A DNA stretch of 64,000 nucleotides, from NCBI GenBank assembly GCA_016211945.1, contig JACRHV010000006.1:146093-210092 (forward strand), written 5' to 3'. The notes under the pieces are model-generated. The model had not been told where the DNA came from. It ran no database searches and worked only from the letters and a program-made list of their open reading frames with translations. This DNA is from Minisyncoccota bacterium. GTDB lineage: Bacteria; Patescibacteriota; Microgenomatia; UBA1400; UBA12028. Of the stretch, positions 11,749 to 20,327 are shown one piece after another (position 1 is the stretch's first letter; each line of letters begins with the position of its first letter). A program made the position numbers and the translations under genes.

Positions 11749-12405
11749 CACCCCCCTTTCTTTCATCGAGACATACCCTTGTTTTGCCAAAATAATGTGG
11801 TCAGAAAACTCGATTCCAAAGAGTTCAGCTGCCTGCTTGATCCGTGTAGTAAAGATTTTGTCATCCTCAGACGGTTCCGGTACTCCGGACGGATGATTAT
11901 GTGCCAGCACAATCGCAGCCACCGGGAGTCCCGCAATCGGAATAAACACGTCGCGCGGATGGATCAATGTTTGGTTGAGCGATCCTACCGCCACCACCTC
12001 CCGATGCACCAGCTGATACCGTGCGTTCAAATACAAACAAATCAACTGCTCGCGTTTTGACTGCTGGAGATCATGCAGATACGACGCAATAACTCCCGGC
12101 GAGGTAAACACCGTCTCGTTCCGGCGTTGGAATCGATCCATGAGTTCAAAGATCGCCAAAAGTTGCACAGCCTTTGTTTGGCCAATTCCCCTGATGCACA
12201 AAAATTTTTCTAACGATAACTCACTACGCGATGTGGAGTACAAGAGGTGTTCCAATGATCGCGCCACCTTCTCCACAGGAGTTCCGAGTATGCCGTTTCC
12301 CAAAATCACCATTAATAGTTCATGTGTAGACAAAATTTGTGCGCCACGAGCCACGAGTTTTTCTCGCGGGCGGGATCGTATCGGCAAGGCGTGAAGTAAA
12401 GTCAT
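11743..12405 (-). CDS. radC: RadC family JAB-domain protein
   Basis: RPREKL...G...LS..ELL N-terminus; HPRDVF; HNHPSG...PS..D JAB motif. Confidence 0.93.
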   Translation of the reverse strand: MTLLHALPIRSRPREKLVARGAQILSTHELLMVILGNGILGTPVEKVARSLEHLLYSTSRSELSLEKFLCIRGIGQTKAVQLLAIFELMDRFQRRNETVFTSPGVIASYLHDLQQSKREQLICLYLNARYQLVHREVVAVGSLNQTLIHPRDVFIPIAGLPVAAIVLAHNHPSGVPEPSEDDKIFTTRIKQAAELFGIEFSDHIILAKQGYVSMKERGVL

Positions 12406-12408
12406 GCG

Positions 12409-12756
12409 CTACATCGTAGCGCACAAATCTTTCAATAACCTTACAAAATGTGAACTGCTCTCACAGTACACGGAACGCTTGGGCAACATATGCCGTTTCC
12501 CTTCGAATCCAATCGCGATAATCGGAACATCCGCCCACCCGGATTTTTGATCGATCACATCAAAAAATGTGCAAACTTCGAACATCGGTAACGATTCTTC
12601 AATAACTATGAGTGAAAATGGATTCATCACAAGTTGCAGTAATGCCTCTGTGATGCTTTTTGTCGGAATCAATTCATACTCTGCTTGCATCGCAGATTGA
12701 TGGTATAATCTTCTGAGACGAGAGTTTTGACTGATAAATAAAACTTGAGGAAGCAT
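12409..12756 (-). CDS. Degenerate response-regulator receiver-like protein
   Basis: Receiver-like pattern (EAL..L....FSLIVIEESLP, W.DVPIIAI) with the phospho-Asp position as Glu. Confidence 0.55.
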   Translation of the reverse strand: MLPQVLFISQNSRLRRLYHQSAMQAEYELIPTKSITEALLQLVMNPFSLIVIEESLPMFEVCTFFDVIDQKSGWADVPIIAIGFEGKRHMLPKRSVYCESSSHFVRLLKDLCATM

Positions 12757-12774
12757 AGGTAATGATCTAATACA

Positions 12775-12813
12775 AGTAGAATTTACTCTACTATGAGAAG
12801 ATGATCATGTCAA
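12775..12813. promoter_or_regulatory. Divergent promoters with an inverted-repeat operator
   Basis: Minus strand TTGACA-17-TAGAGT (12813-12785); plus strand TAGAAT 12777-12782; IR AGTAGA-N6-TCTACT 12775-12792 overlaps both -10 boxes. Confidence 0.6.
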
Positions 12814-12820
12814 GAGGAAT

Positions 12821-13159
12821 ATGTTGAATCGAACACAACTCGGCAAAAGAATTAAGGAAGCTCGCCTCCGATCCGGCTTATCGCAACAACAGTTGGCGAC
12901 AGTGGTCGGGGTGTCGGACAAGACAATCTCTGCGTATGAAGTCGGTCGCGTTGATCCTCCACTGGAGTCATTGGAAAAATTGAGCGGTGCAACCGCGCAT
13001 CCGATCGCCTATTTTATCGGTGATGTACAGAGCAATATTGAGGCAAAACTAGATCGCATTGCACGTGAGCTAACAGAGATTCGGCAGTCTCTCCAAAAAC
13101 CTGAACAAGCAGAACAAACAGAAACCACCGCAGTGCCGACAAACGCAAAACAAGAATAG
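12821..13159 (+). CDS. XRE-family HTH transcriptional regulator
   Basis: G.RIKEAR...GLSQ.QLA..VGVS..TIS.YE.G...P.L; C-terminal coiled coil. Confidence 0.92.
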   Translation: MLNRTQLGKRIKEARLRSGLSQQQLATVVGVSDKTISAYEVGRVDPPLESLEKLSGATAHPIAYFIGDVQSNIEAKLDRIARELTEIRQSLQKPEQAEQTETTAVPTNAKQE

Positions 13160-13214
13160 TTTCCTGATGTATAATTGGTGAACTTTCGTGGTAAGTGTTT
13201 TTTCACACATCATG

Positions 13215-13299
13215 GGAGGAGTCGCCTAGTGGTCAATGGCAATTGCCTGGAAAGCAATGACTCGCAAGGGTCCCGTGGGTTCGAATCCCTCCTCCTCCG
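13215..13299 (+). tRNA. tRNA-Ser(GGA)
   Basis: Acceptor GGAGGAG/CTCCTCC+G73, anticodon arm ATTGC-CTGGAAA-GCAAT, long variable arm, GGTTCGAATCC; one T.T mismatch in T stem; CCA not encoded. Confidence 0.95.
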
Positions 13300-13304
13300 C
13301 AAAT

Positions 13305-14030
13305 ATGAACATTCAACCAGTTAGTATCTCAGTTGGATCAGAAAAATTATCGGGATTACTCTATATTCCTCAAAATGTAAATAATACAAAATTTCCTTCA
13401 GTCGTAATTTTTCATGGACGAGGAAGTAATAAAAATCGATATGTTGACCGAGGTGAAGTTCTTGTTGAAAAAGGTATACTCACTTTGATCTATGATTTTC
13501 GTGGTTGTGGTGAAAGCGATGGTTACCTTAAGAAACAAACTATCGCTATGGGATTTGCAGATGCAGTTGCCGGATATGAGTTTCTAAAAAATCATCCCTT
13601 ATGTGATAAAAATAGACTTGGTGTTTTGGGAGGAAGTTTTGGCGGATATCAAGCTGCGTTATTATCTGAAAAATATCCAATTACCTCACTAGTATTATCT
13701 GTCCCAGCAATCTATCAAGATAAGTGGTGGAATGTTGTTCCGGAGACTATGGATCCTGAAAGAAAAAACTTATATAAACAACAATCTGGACTCGAGAATA
13801 CAAAAGCAATACGCGCCATCCGTAAATATTCCGAGAAAATCCTTGTTATAGAACATGAAAATGATGAGGTTATTCCTCATAAAGTTATTGAAGCTTATTA
13901 TTCAAATGCTTCAAACGCCAAATTGAAAGAAATGAAAATAATTCCAAACGCTCCTCACGCCCTACATGACCAATTATTTGTTAAACAGTCAATAGACATC
14001 GTTGTTAAGTGGTTTATGAAAACACTGTGA
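13305..14030 (+). CDS. Alpha/beta hydrolase (acyl-peptide hydrolase-like)
   Basis: FHG.G, DFRG.GES.G, nucleophile elbow GGSFGG, NDEVI (Asp), APH (His); true start follows the tRNA. Confidence 0.88.
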   Translation: MNIQPVSISVGSEKLSGLLYIPQNVNNTKFPSVVIFHGRGSNKNRYVDRGEVLVEKGILTLIYDFRGCGESDGYLKKQTIAMGFADAVAGYEFLKNHPLCDKNRLGVLGGSFGGYQAALLSEKYPITSLVLSVPAIYQDKWWNVVPETMDPERKNLYKQQSGLENTKAIRAIRKYSEKILVIEHENDEVIPHKVIEAYYSNASNAKLKEMKIIPNAPHALHDQLFVKQSIDIVVKWFMKTL

Positions 14031-14042
14031 GAATATTTATAT

Positions 14043-14726
14043 CTATCCTCTCCTCTTCACCACAAACCAGTCCTCTTTTGGCACATTCTTACTTCTTCCC
14101 AATATATTTTCCACATCTTTCATCTGTGTTTTATGACAATACATCGCCTTCACCCGGAGCTCCCATACACTAGAAGTATCAATAATCAAATTTACTTCGT
14201 GACGTTCTTTTCCGTCGGGGAAATAAATAAAATACTCGGTGATTTGATCGGTAAAATATTTTTTTGAAACAAAATAATAAAGCGCCTGCGGAATTGTATT
14301 TTTTCTAAACGCTTGTGTTGTTGAAGATGCAATAGCGATATGATCCATATGACCGGAAATGCCATTCAGGTCATAGGTGAGCACAGCATCCGGTTTATAT
14401 TTTTTGATAAAACGAAGAAAATCTTTTTCCAATTTCTGTAGTTGATCGTTTGAAATTTTCCCATCGTTATATCTCAAAAATTCTACGGACGTTACTCCTA
14501 ACAATTTCGCAGCAATCCTCAATTCTTTTGTGCGAACACGTCCATCGCCGCCACCCTCTCCCTTCGTTGCGCACACCACATGAATCTCCACGCCGCGCTG
14601 TGCCCATAGTGCCAACGATGCCCCAGGTCCAAATGTTTCATCATCAGGATGCGCGAAAAAACATACAACCTTTATTGGCAACGGAATATCTTTTGATGAA
14701 TATGAAACAAGTCTCGGTGTATTCAT
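14043..14726 (-). CDS. PIG-L/LmbE family deacetylase (MshB/BshB-like)
   Basis: AHPDDE, T.GE.G, R..EL..A, GHMDH, H.TQ. Confidence 0.92.
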   Translation of the reverse strand: MNTPRLVSYSSKDIPLPIKVVCFFAHPDDETFGPGASLALWAQRGVEIHVVCATKGEGGGDGRVRTKELRIAAKLLGVTSVEFLRYNDGKISNDQLQKLEKDFLRFIKKYKPDAVLTYDLNGISGHMDHIAIASSTTQAFRKNTIPQALYYFVSKKYFTDQITEYFIYFPDGKERHEVNLIIDTSSVWELRVKAMYCHKTQMKDVENILGRSKNVPKEDWFVVKRRG

Positions 14727-15481
14727 CGTGAGTATGGTACCTCCAGTTTGAACGCCTGTTGATGGACGTGGTGAACAATGCGTTGAATAATTTCCTGATC
14801 AATTCCTTCAATGACAAGAGAAGATGGTGACTTCTTTTTATCAATCAATTGTTCCAGTACTTGATCCGCTTGTTCATAGGTAAATCCCAATTCATTCTCA
14901 TCGGTTTGGTTATTCCACAACCCAGCGGATGGCGCTTTAGAAAGAATCTGCTGAGGAATTCCCAACTCCTGTGCAAGCGCATACACCTCTGTTTTGTACA
15001 GATGCGCAATCGGTTCAATATCCGATGCCGCATCGCCAAAACGTGTGAAATATCCCAAGTAATGTTCTGATTTATTTTCTGTTCCGCACACCAGCGCACG
15101 TTTTTCTTTTGCGGTATCGTACACCGCGATCATACGGACGCGCGCCATCACATTTCCTTTTCTCAGATGATCGTTTGATGAAATATTGAGCACAGAGCAC
15201 AACGCATTCACCGGCGATTGAATGTTACGTTCAACCCACTGCGACTTTGGTAGCGAGTTCCATACACACATCGTTTTCGCGTCATCCATGTTTTGTCTTC
15301 CATATGGCAGAAGAACGGGAAATATGTGTTCTCTCGGAACTGCGCGGGCAAGGAGACTTAAGGAGACTGCGGAGTCAATGCCACCAGATACCGCAACAAC
15401 AGCATGTGCGATGCCATGTTTCGCATAGGTGTGTGTCAAAAACTGAGTGATCTGTGTAATTTCTTGTGCCGCATTACGCAT
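14723..15481 (-). CDS. nadE: NH3-dependent NAD+ synthetase
   Basis: SGGIDS, GN.MAR.RM, GT.NKSE..LGYFT..GD, KAPSAGLW..QTDE.ELG; start placed at MRNAAQ, overlapping the nadD stop. Confidence 0.95.
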   Translation of the reverse strand: MRNAAQEITQITQFLTHTYAKHGIAHAVVAVSGGIDSAVSLSLLARAVPREHIFPVLLPYGRQNMDDAKTMCVWNSLPKSQWVERNIQSPVNALCSVLNISSNDHLRKGNVMARVRMIAVYDTAKEKRALVCGTENKSEHYLGYFTRFGDAASDIEPIAHLYKTEVYALAQELGIPQQILSKAPSAGLWNNQTDENELGFTYEQADQVLEQLIDKKKSPSSLVIEGIDQEIIQRIVHHVHQQAFKLEVPYSR

Positions 15482-16046
15482 GGTTCTGATTATACAATGC
15501 GTTTTCTCTGATGTACTCAGTGATTTGATGGGGGACATATGACTGAATATCTGCTCCACGATGTACTGCCTCACGCACGAGTGTTGAGGACACATTGATT
15601 TCCTCCATTTCACGAAGGGGGATCATATTTGAATAGAGTGGTTCAAACGGAAAATTGGCACGGGGATACACATAGACGCGGAATTGGTCGAGGAGCTCTT
15701 GGTATCGATGCCATTTGTGAAACGACTGCAGTTGGTCTGAGCCGATGAGCCAAGAAATCTCATCTTGTGGATGTTTCTCTGCAAAATAGCGCAGTGTATC
15801 AAAAGAATAACTTTTTTCTTTTCGATTAAGTTCATAGGGATCTATCGTGATGTTGGGAAGAAGGTTGAGCATTGCGAGCCGATAATGTGCTGGGCTCATT
15901 TCCTTTGCAAATGGATGATTTGCACATGGAATAAAAATCACCTGGTCAGCAATGTTCTGATCAACAATATTTTGGGCAATAGCAAGGTGTCCGTTATGCG
16001 GGGGATCAAAGCTACCGCCAAAGAGTATGAGATGCATGATGCGCAT
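15474..16046 (-). CDS. nadD: Nicotinate/nicotinamide nucleotide adenylyltransferase
   Basis: GGSFDPPHNGH, SY..DTL, IGSD, W, VSSTLVR. Confidence 0.95.
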   Translation of the reverse strand: MRIMHLILFGGSFDPPHNGHLAIAQNIVDQNIADQVIFIPCANHPFAKEMSPAHYRLAMLNLLPNITIDPYELNRKEKSYSFDTLRYFAEKHPQDEISWLIGSDQLQSFHKWHRYQELLDQFRVYVYPRANFPFEPLYSNMIPLREMEEINVSSTLVREAVHRGADIQSYVPHQITEYIRENALYNQNHA

Positions 16047-16106
16047 TGTATCTCCTTCATTCCTACCATGAAAGGTCTAGTATAATGTTCAAAAGGGGAT
16101 TTTCTT

Positions 16107-17345
16107 ATGCCAAAATCAGCGTTTTTTTCTGCGTTACAAGCAGAACTTGATCGTTTGGATCAAGCAAAAGTGAGCAAGAGAAATGAGAATGTTATCGAGA
16201 GTTTTACGAGTGACCCGTCACCCAAAGCGGTGATACAAGGAAAACAGTACACCATTTTTAACTCAAATGATTACCTCGGACTACGCCATCATCCAGTATT
16301 AAAAGAAGCGGATCATGCCACAGTGGAAAAATTTGGAACCGGTCCGGGCGCAGTGCGATTTATTTCCGGCTCGTTACAAATGTATAAAGATTTGGAACAG
16401 GCAATCGCGAAGTTTCATGGTCGTGAGGATGCGATGGTGGTGTCCTCTGCATTTGCCACAAACGTCGCCGTGATGTCATGTCTCATTAAAGGACAAAGTA
16501 AAGAATCGATGGTGTCCGAGAATAGTTTAGTGATATCCGATGAACTGAATCATCGGAGTATCATTGAAGGAATCCGCGCGGCAAGCATCGACAGTACACA
16601 CAAAGCGATTTTCAAGCACATGGATGCGGAAGATTTACGACGCGTACTCGAAGAAAATAAAGGGAAGTTTGCACGCATCATTGTGGTAACGGATGGTGTG
16701 TTTAGTATGTTGGGTGAATACCAGGACCTCGCAAAACTCCGTGCGGTGATTGATGCGTACGACGCTACGTACCCGGAGGGAATTGTGCTTGTTGTTGACG
16801 ATGCACACGGCGTTGGATGTTTTGGTACCACAGGCCGTGGGGTAGAGGAAGTGTGTGGGGCGAAAGCCGACGTTTTGGTGGGAACATTGGGGAAAGCATT
16901 TGGTACGGATGGCGGATATGTGGTGGGAGATAAAGTAGTGATTGATTATTTGCGTGAGTCTGCGGCAACATACGTCTACTCGAACTCAATTTCACCGGGA
17001 ACTGCGGGGGCGGCGCTCAAAGCATTTGAGATGATGCAGGAAGCAGAGGGTACGCAACTTCTTAAACAGTCGCGTGACAACATTGCGCTGTTTAAAAAGC
17101 TCATGTCGGAAGAGGGGTTGGTGTTTGCAGCAGAGTCAACACATCCTATCCAACCACTGCTCATTGGTGATCCTGCAAAGGCAAAACAAGTGAAACTGGG
17201 GTTGTATGAAATGGGATACTTGGTGACGAACATTAATTACCCTGTTGTTTCAAAGGGGAGAGATGAAATTCGCATCCAAATTAGTGCAGCACATACGCAA
17301 ACAGAGATCGAAACGTTCGTAAAAGCAGTAAAAAGTGTGATGTAA
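16107..17345 (+). CDS. kbl: PLP-dependent alpha-oxoamine synthase (2-amino-3-ketobutyrate CoA ligase-like)
   Basis: NDYLGL, AVRFISG, SDELNH.SI, TDGVFSM, DDAHG.G, GTLGKAFG. Confidence 0.8.
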   Translation: MPKSAFFSALQAELDRLDQAKVSKRNENVIESFTSDPSPKAVIQGKQYTIFNSNDYLGLRHHPVLKEADHATVEKFGTGPGAVRFISGSLQMYKDLEQAIAKFHGREDAMVVSSAFATNVAVMSCLIKGQSKESMVSENSLVISDELNHRSIIEGIRAASIDSTHKAIFKHMDAEDLRRVLEENKGKFARIIVVTDGVFSMLGEYQDLAKLRAVIDAYDATYPEGIVLVVDDAHGVGCFGTTGRGVEEVCGAKADVLVGTLGKAFGTDGGYVVGDKVVIDYLRESAATYVYSNSISPGTAGAALKAFEMMQEAEGTQLLKQSRDNIALFKKLMSEEGLVFAAESTHPIQPLLIGDPAKAKQVKLGLYEMGYLVTNINYPVVSKGRDEIRIQISAAHTQTEIETFVKAVKSVM

Positions 17346-17437
17346 AAAGCATTGATTTATACATTACTATTTATATAGTAGAACATTATTATTACTCATA
17401 TAGAAAACTCCTCCTTGTGCCAATATTTTTCGGCGGG

Positions 17438-17545
17438 TATAATACCGGCAGTTTCCAAAAACCTTAACAAGTACTGCCTTGGAGCCGAGATTAACGGAGT
17501 GCTTTTTGCCCCCAAGTGAGGGTTTTGAACAAAAAAGGAGGACGT
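17438..17545 (+). promoter_or_regulatory. -10 box and structured ~100-nt 5' leader (riboswitch candidate)
   Basis: TATAAT 17438-17443; stem GGCAGT/ACTGCC; its loop is complementary to 17517-17527; SD AAGGAGG. Confidence 0.45.
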
Positions 17546-18214
17546 ATGACAAAACGACAGCGCGTCTTATTCCTCGGGAGTTCGTTGTGGGCGTTTAGCG
17601 AAGGTTTGTTCGGTCCACTCTTTGCTGTGTTTACCGAACAAATTGGTGGAAATCTTCTTGACGTTTCATGGGCGTGGACAATTTACCTCGTAGTGACAGG
17701 CTCACTTATTATTCTGATTGGTAAAGTTTCAGATAAAAAGTGGTTTAGCAAGTCATACGCAATGTATGCAGGATATGCGATCAACGCGTTGTGCACTTTT
17801 GCATATCTCCTCATCCGAACACCGACACAGTTGTTTCTCGTTGGAGCATTAAGTGGGTTGGCTAATGCTCTTATCGAACCAAATTGGAACAGTCTTTTTA
17901 CGCGATACGAAGATAAAAAACAATCAGGATCTGCCTGGGGATGGGTTGGCGGACAGGCACAAATACTCAGTGGTCTTGCGGTATTGATTGGTGGGCTTAT
18001 TGTACAATATTTCTCATTTTCTGCGCTCTTCATTACGATGGGAATCGTACAAGTGATATCATTGTATGTGCAGATTGACGTGCTTCAGTTCCAGGTACGA
18101 AAAAGCACGAAAAAACTTTTATCAAAAAGGGTGTCTCTGCGGGTGCGAGTGAGGTATGGAAAAATCCGTCGTCGAACTCGAAAAACGCGAAGAATTGCTT
18201 GGGGACTTGCATAA
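17546..18214 (+). CDS. Half-size (about 6 TM) MFS transporter with basic C-terminal tail
   Basis: Motif A-like IGKVSDKK, six hydrophobic segments, GG.I....SF. Confidence 0.8.
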   Translation: MTKRQRVLFLGSSLWAFSEGLFGPLFAVFTEQIGGNLLDVSWAWTIYLVVTGSLIILIGKVSDKKWFSKSYAMYAGYAINALCTFAYLLIRTPTQLFLVGALSGLANALIEPNWNSLFTRYEDKKQSGSAWGWVGGQAQILSGLAVLIGGLIVQYFSFSALFITMGIVQVISLYVQIDVLQFQVRKSTKKLLSKRVSLRVRVRYGKIRRRTRKTRRIAWGLA

Positions 18215-18274
18215 ATTTGGCCGAATTTCTCGATATGTTCCGTGTTAAAATAACCTCGCTTTGAGACCTTGTAT

Positions 18275-18359
18275 GGAGACGTCGGATAGTGGTCATTCCA
18301 GAGGTTTGCTAAACCTCGGCCTCAAAAGGGCCTCGTGGGTTCGAGTCCCACCGTCTCCG
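18275..18359 (+). tRNA. tRNA-Ser(GCT)
   Basis: Acceptor GGAGACG/CGTCTCC+G73, anticodon arm GAGGT-TTGCTAA-ACCTC, long variable arm, GGTTCGAGTCC. Confidence 0.95.
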
Positions 18360-18388
18360 CAATCGAAAATTCGGGCTATAATTTCACC

Positions 18389-19015
18389 ATGAAACTTTTT
18401 TTATTTGGTGGCGCAGAGTTGAATCTCGGTCAGGGACAACCACTTAAAGATTTGATAAAGCGAACGATCCAAAGACTTCACCCCACATCAATTCTTCACA
18501 TTCCATTTGCCAGATTACATCCAACAGAAGAAGCGTTTAAGGAGGGATGGTTCAAGGAAATTATGCAAAACACTGGTATTGAAATTCTTGATGCGCGCAT
18601 AGAAACCGATGTTGAAAAAGCTCATCATCCTCTCGTTTTTATTAATGGAGGACACGATAAAGCAGATTTGATTGAAGGAATAAAAAATAATAAGAAAATT
18701 CTGAACATCATTCTCAATGCAGATTATATTGTGTCAGAATCTTCGGGTTCTATGGTGACTGCCGAATATATGAAACTAGACAAAAAAGGCGAAGAAATTG
18801 TCAGGGGATTGGGGATTCTCAAAGACACAATAATAGAACCCCACTACTCTGAGCGAAATTCTCAACACCTTCTCATACATGAAATGAAACAAGCACACGC
18901 AAAATATGGAATTGGAATTGATTGTGTAACGGCTATTGTTATTGATCCGGCAACATTTCCTTCAACATGGGATAAGATTGGAGATGGAAATGTCGAGGTT
19001 AAACGTGCGGGGTAA
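18389..19015 (+). CDS. Peptidase S51 (peptidase E/cyanophycinase-like) family protein
   Basis: LFGG, FINGG, nucleophile elbow SESSGS, GLG.L....IEPHY, GIGID. Confidence 0.75.
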   Translation: MKLFLFGGAELNLGQGQPLKDLIKRTIQRLHPTSILHIPFARLHPTEEAFKEGWFKEIMQNTGIEILDARIETDVEKAHHPLVFINGGHDKADLIEGIKNNKKILNIILNADYIVSESSGSMVTAEYMKLDKKGEEIVRGLGILKDTIIEPHYSERNSQHLLIHEMKQAHAKYGIGIDCVTAIVIDPATFPSTWDKIGDGNVEVKRAG

Positions 19016-19063
19016 ACTCAAAAGATCTCTTTTATAAGTACGGAATGATAGAATTGCTTACCT

Positions 19064-19151
19064 GGAGAGGTCGCCTAGTGGTCGATGGCATCAGTTTACT
19101 AAACTGACATATCGCAAGATATCGAGGGTTCGAATCCCTCCCTCTCCGCCA
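19064..19151 (+). tRNA. tRNA-Ser(ACT), rare A34 anticodon
   Basis: Acceptor GGAGAGG/CCTCTCC+G+CCA, anticodon arm TCAGT-TTACTAA-ACTGA (ACT at 19098-19100), variable arm ATATC-GCAA-GATAT, perfect T arm; TGaTAGAAT promoter upstream. Confidence 0.93.
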
Positions 19152-19239
19152 AAACTTACAGTAATCAACACAAACTAACAGAAAATAACAATTATCTTCA
19201 CTAATCTAAATATAAAAGAGCTTATTAACGAGTTGTCTG

Positions 19240-19746
19240 TCACTTTTCAAATTCATCAGGTACCTTATAGGGTCTTTTCCATTGTGTTTTTATGTATTCT
19301 TTGACCACATCACTGGTCGCACCGTCTGAGACGGATGCCACATAATAACCCGTCGCCCAAAGCACTCCCTCTTTCCATATGTACTGTTTCAATTGTGGAA
19401 GAAATTCTTCTCTAAGTTTTTTTGAGGAAATTCCTTTGAGTAATTGGACTATCTTTGTCGGAGAATATGTGGGAGGAGCATCCACTAACACATGTATGTG
19501 ATCGGGCATGACCTCTTGCGCAATGATTTTAAATTTATAGGCTTTAGCAATTTCTTCAAGTATTTCTTTTAGCCTTACAGGTATCTTCCCTACAAGAACT
19601 TCCCGTCGATATTTAGGAATCCACACAAAATGATATTTAATGTTATGACGAGAATGGGAGCCAGATCGCGTATTATCGCGATAAAAATAATGTAGAACAG
19701 CTTTTAGTGTCTCAAATCTTTGAAGTTGAGTTTCTGAAAGAGCCAT
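19240..19746 (-). CDS. tnpA: IS200/IS605 TnpA-like Y1 HUH nuclease with N-terminal extension
   Basis: YHFVW.PKYRR, MPDHIHVLV (HUH), LKG.SS, LW..GYY..SV, V..YI..Q (catalytic Tyr). Confidence 0.9.
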   Translation of the reverse strand: MALSETQLQRFETLKAVLHYFYRDNTRSGSHSRHNIKYHFVWIPKYRREVLVGKIPVRLKEILEEIAKAYKFKIIAQEVMPDHIHVLVDAPPTYSPTKIVQLLKGISSKKLREEFLPQLKQYIWKEGVLWATGYYVASVSDGATSDVVKEYIKTQWKRPYKVPDEFEK

Positions 19747-19820
19747 AGTCAAATTGTACCAAACGAACCCCGCCCCATTCGGATATTCTTTGTATCCCTT
19801 GCCAATATTAAAATATGTGA

Positions 19821-20327
19821 ATGACAAAGTTTGATACAGAAAGATTATTTCTCTTTACCCATTCTTACTCAGGAAAAGTCATCGCAGAACACATCACGAA
19901 ACGGTGTAAGGATGACACAGCCCGATTCGAAAGAGAGGTCCATCTTTTAGCCAAAGTGTTACGCTTTCGACATGCTGACCTCAAAAAACTTATCATTTAT
20001 CCCATAACTCTTGATGTCTCTATAAAAATTATGAAGCCAGATCTTCTGGCGTTTCTTGAGGTGGAAAGAGAACTTGAATGTATCGCTTCAGAAAAATTGG
20101 ATGAGTATTCAACTGCCAAAGAAGACTACCAACGACAAATGCTCACACCAGCCATTGAACGAGTTGCTGGAAATGCACTTGCGGGAATTGACGATGATTC
20201 TGAGTTTCAGAATAAAATTCAAGAAAAAATACAGGAACATGGGCGAGTATATTATAAAGTGGCTCGAAAGTATCGACTTCCCACAATGCGGATTGTGCCT
20301 TTTCTCTTGAGGCTCATTGCTTGTTAA
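19821..20327 (+). CDS. Hypothetical protein
   Basis: 168-aa ORF with TAAAAT 6 nt upstream; divergent from tnpA, convergent with the helicase. Confidence 0.75.
   Translation: MTKFDTERLFLFTHSYSGKVIAEHITKRCKDDTARFEREVHLLAKVLRFRHADLKKLIIYPITLDVSIKIMKPDLLAFLEVERELECIASEKLDEYSTAKEDYQRQMLTPAIERVAGNALAGIDDDSEFQNKIQEKIQEHGRVYYKVARKYRLPTMRIVPFLLRLIAC

Noticed and set aside
13275-13291. T.T mismatch in the tRNA-Ser(GGA) T stem as a sign of 3'-end replacement by an integrated element
   Set aside because: Acceptor stem pairs perfectly and no downstream duplicate of the 3' end was found
13236-13304. N-terminal extensions of ORFs 13236, 18335, 53277(-), 60657(-) and ORF 60682-60873
   Set aside because: They are translations of tRNA genes; true starts lie after the tRNAs
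19064-19151. tRNA-Sec or suppressor interpretation of the long-arm tRNA
   Set aside because: 7-bp acceptor stem and a 7-nt loop with ACT centred; not TCA, CTA or TTA
19240-19746. Complete active IS200/IS605 element
   Set aside because: No tnpB and no convincing subterminal hairpins close to the gene
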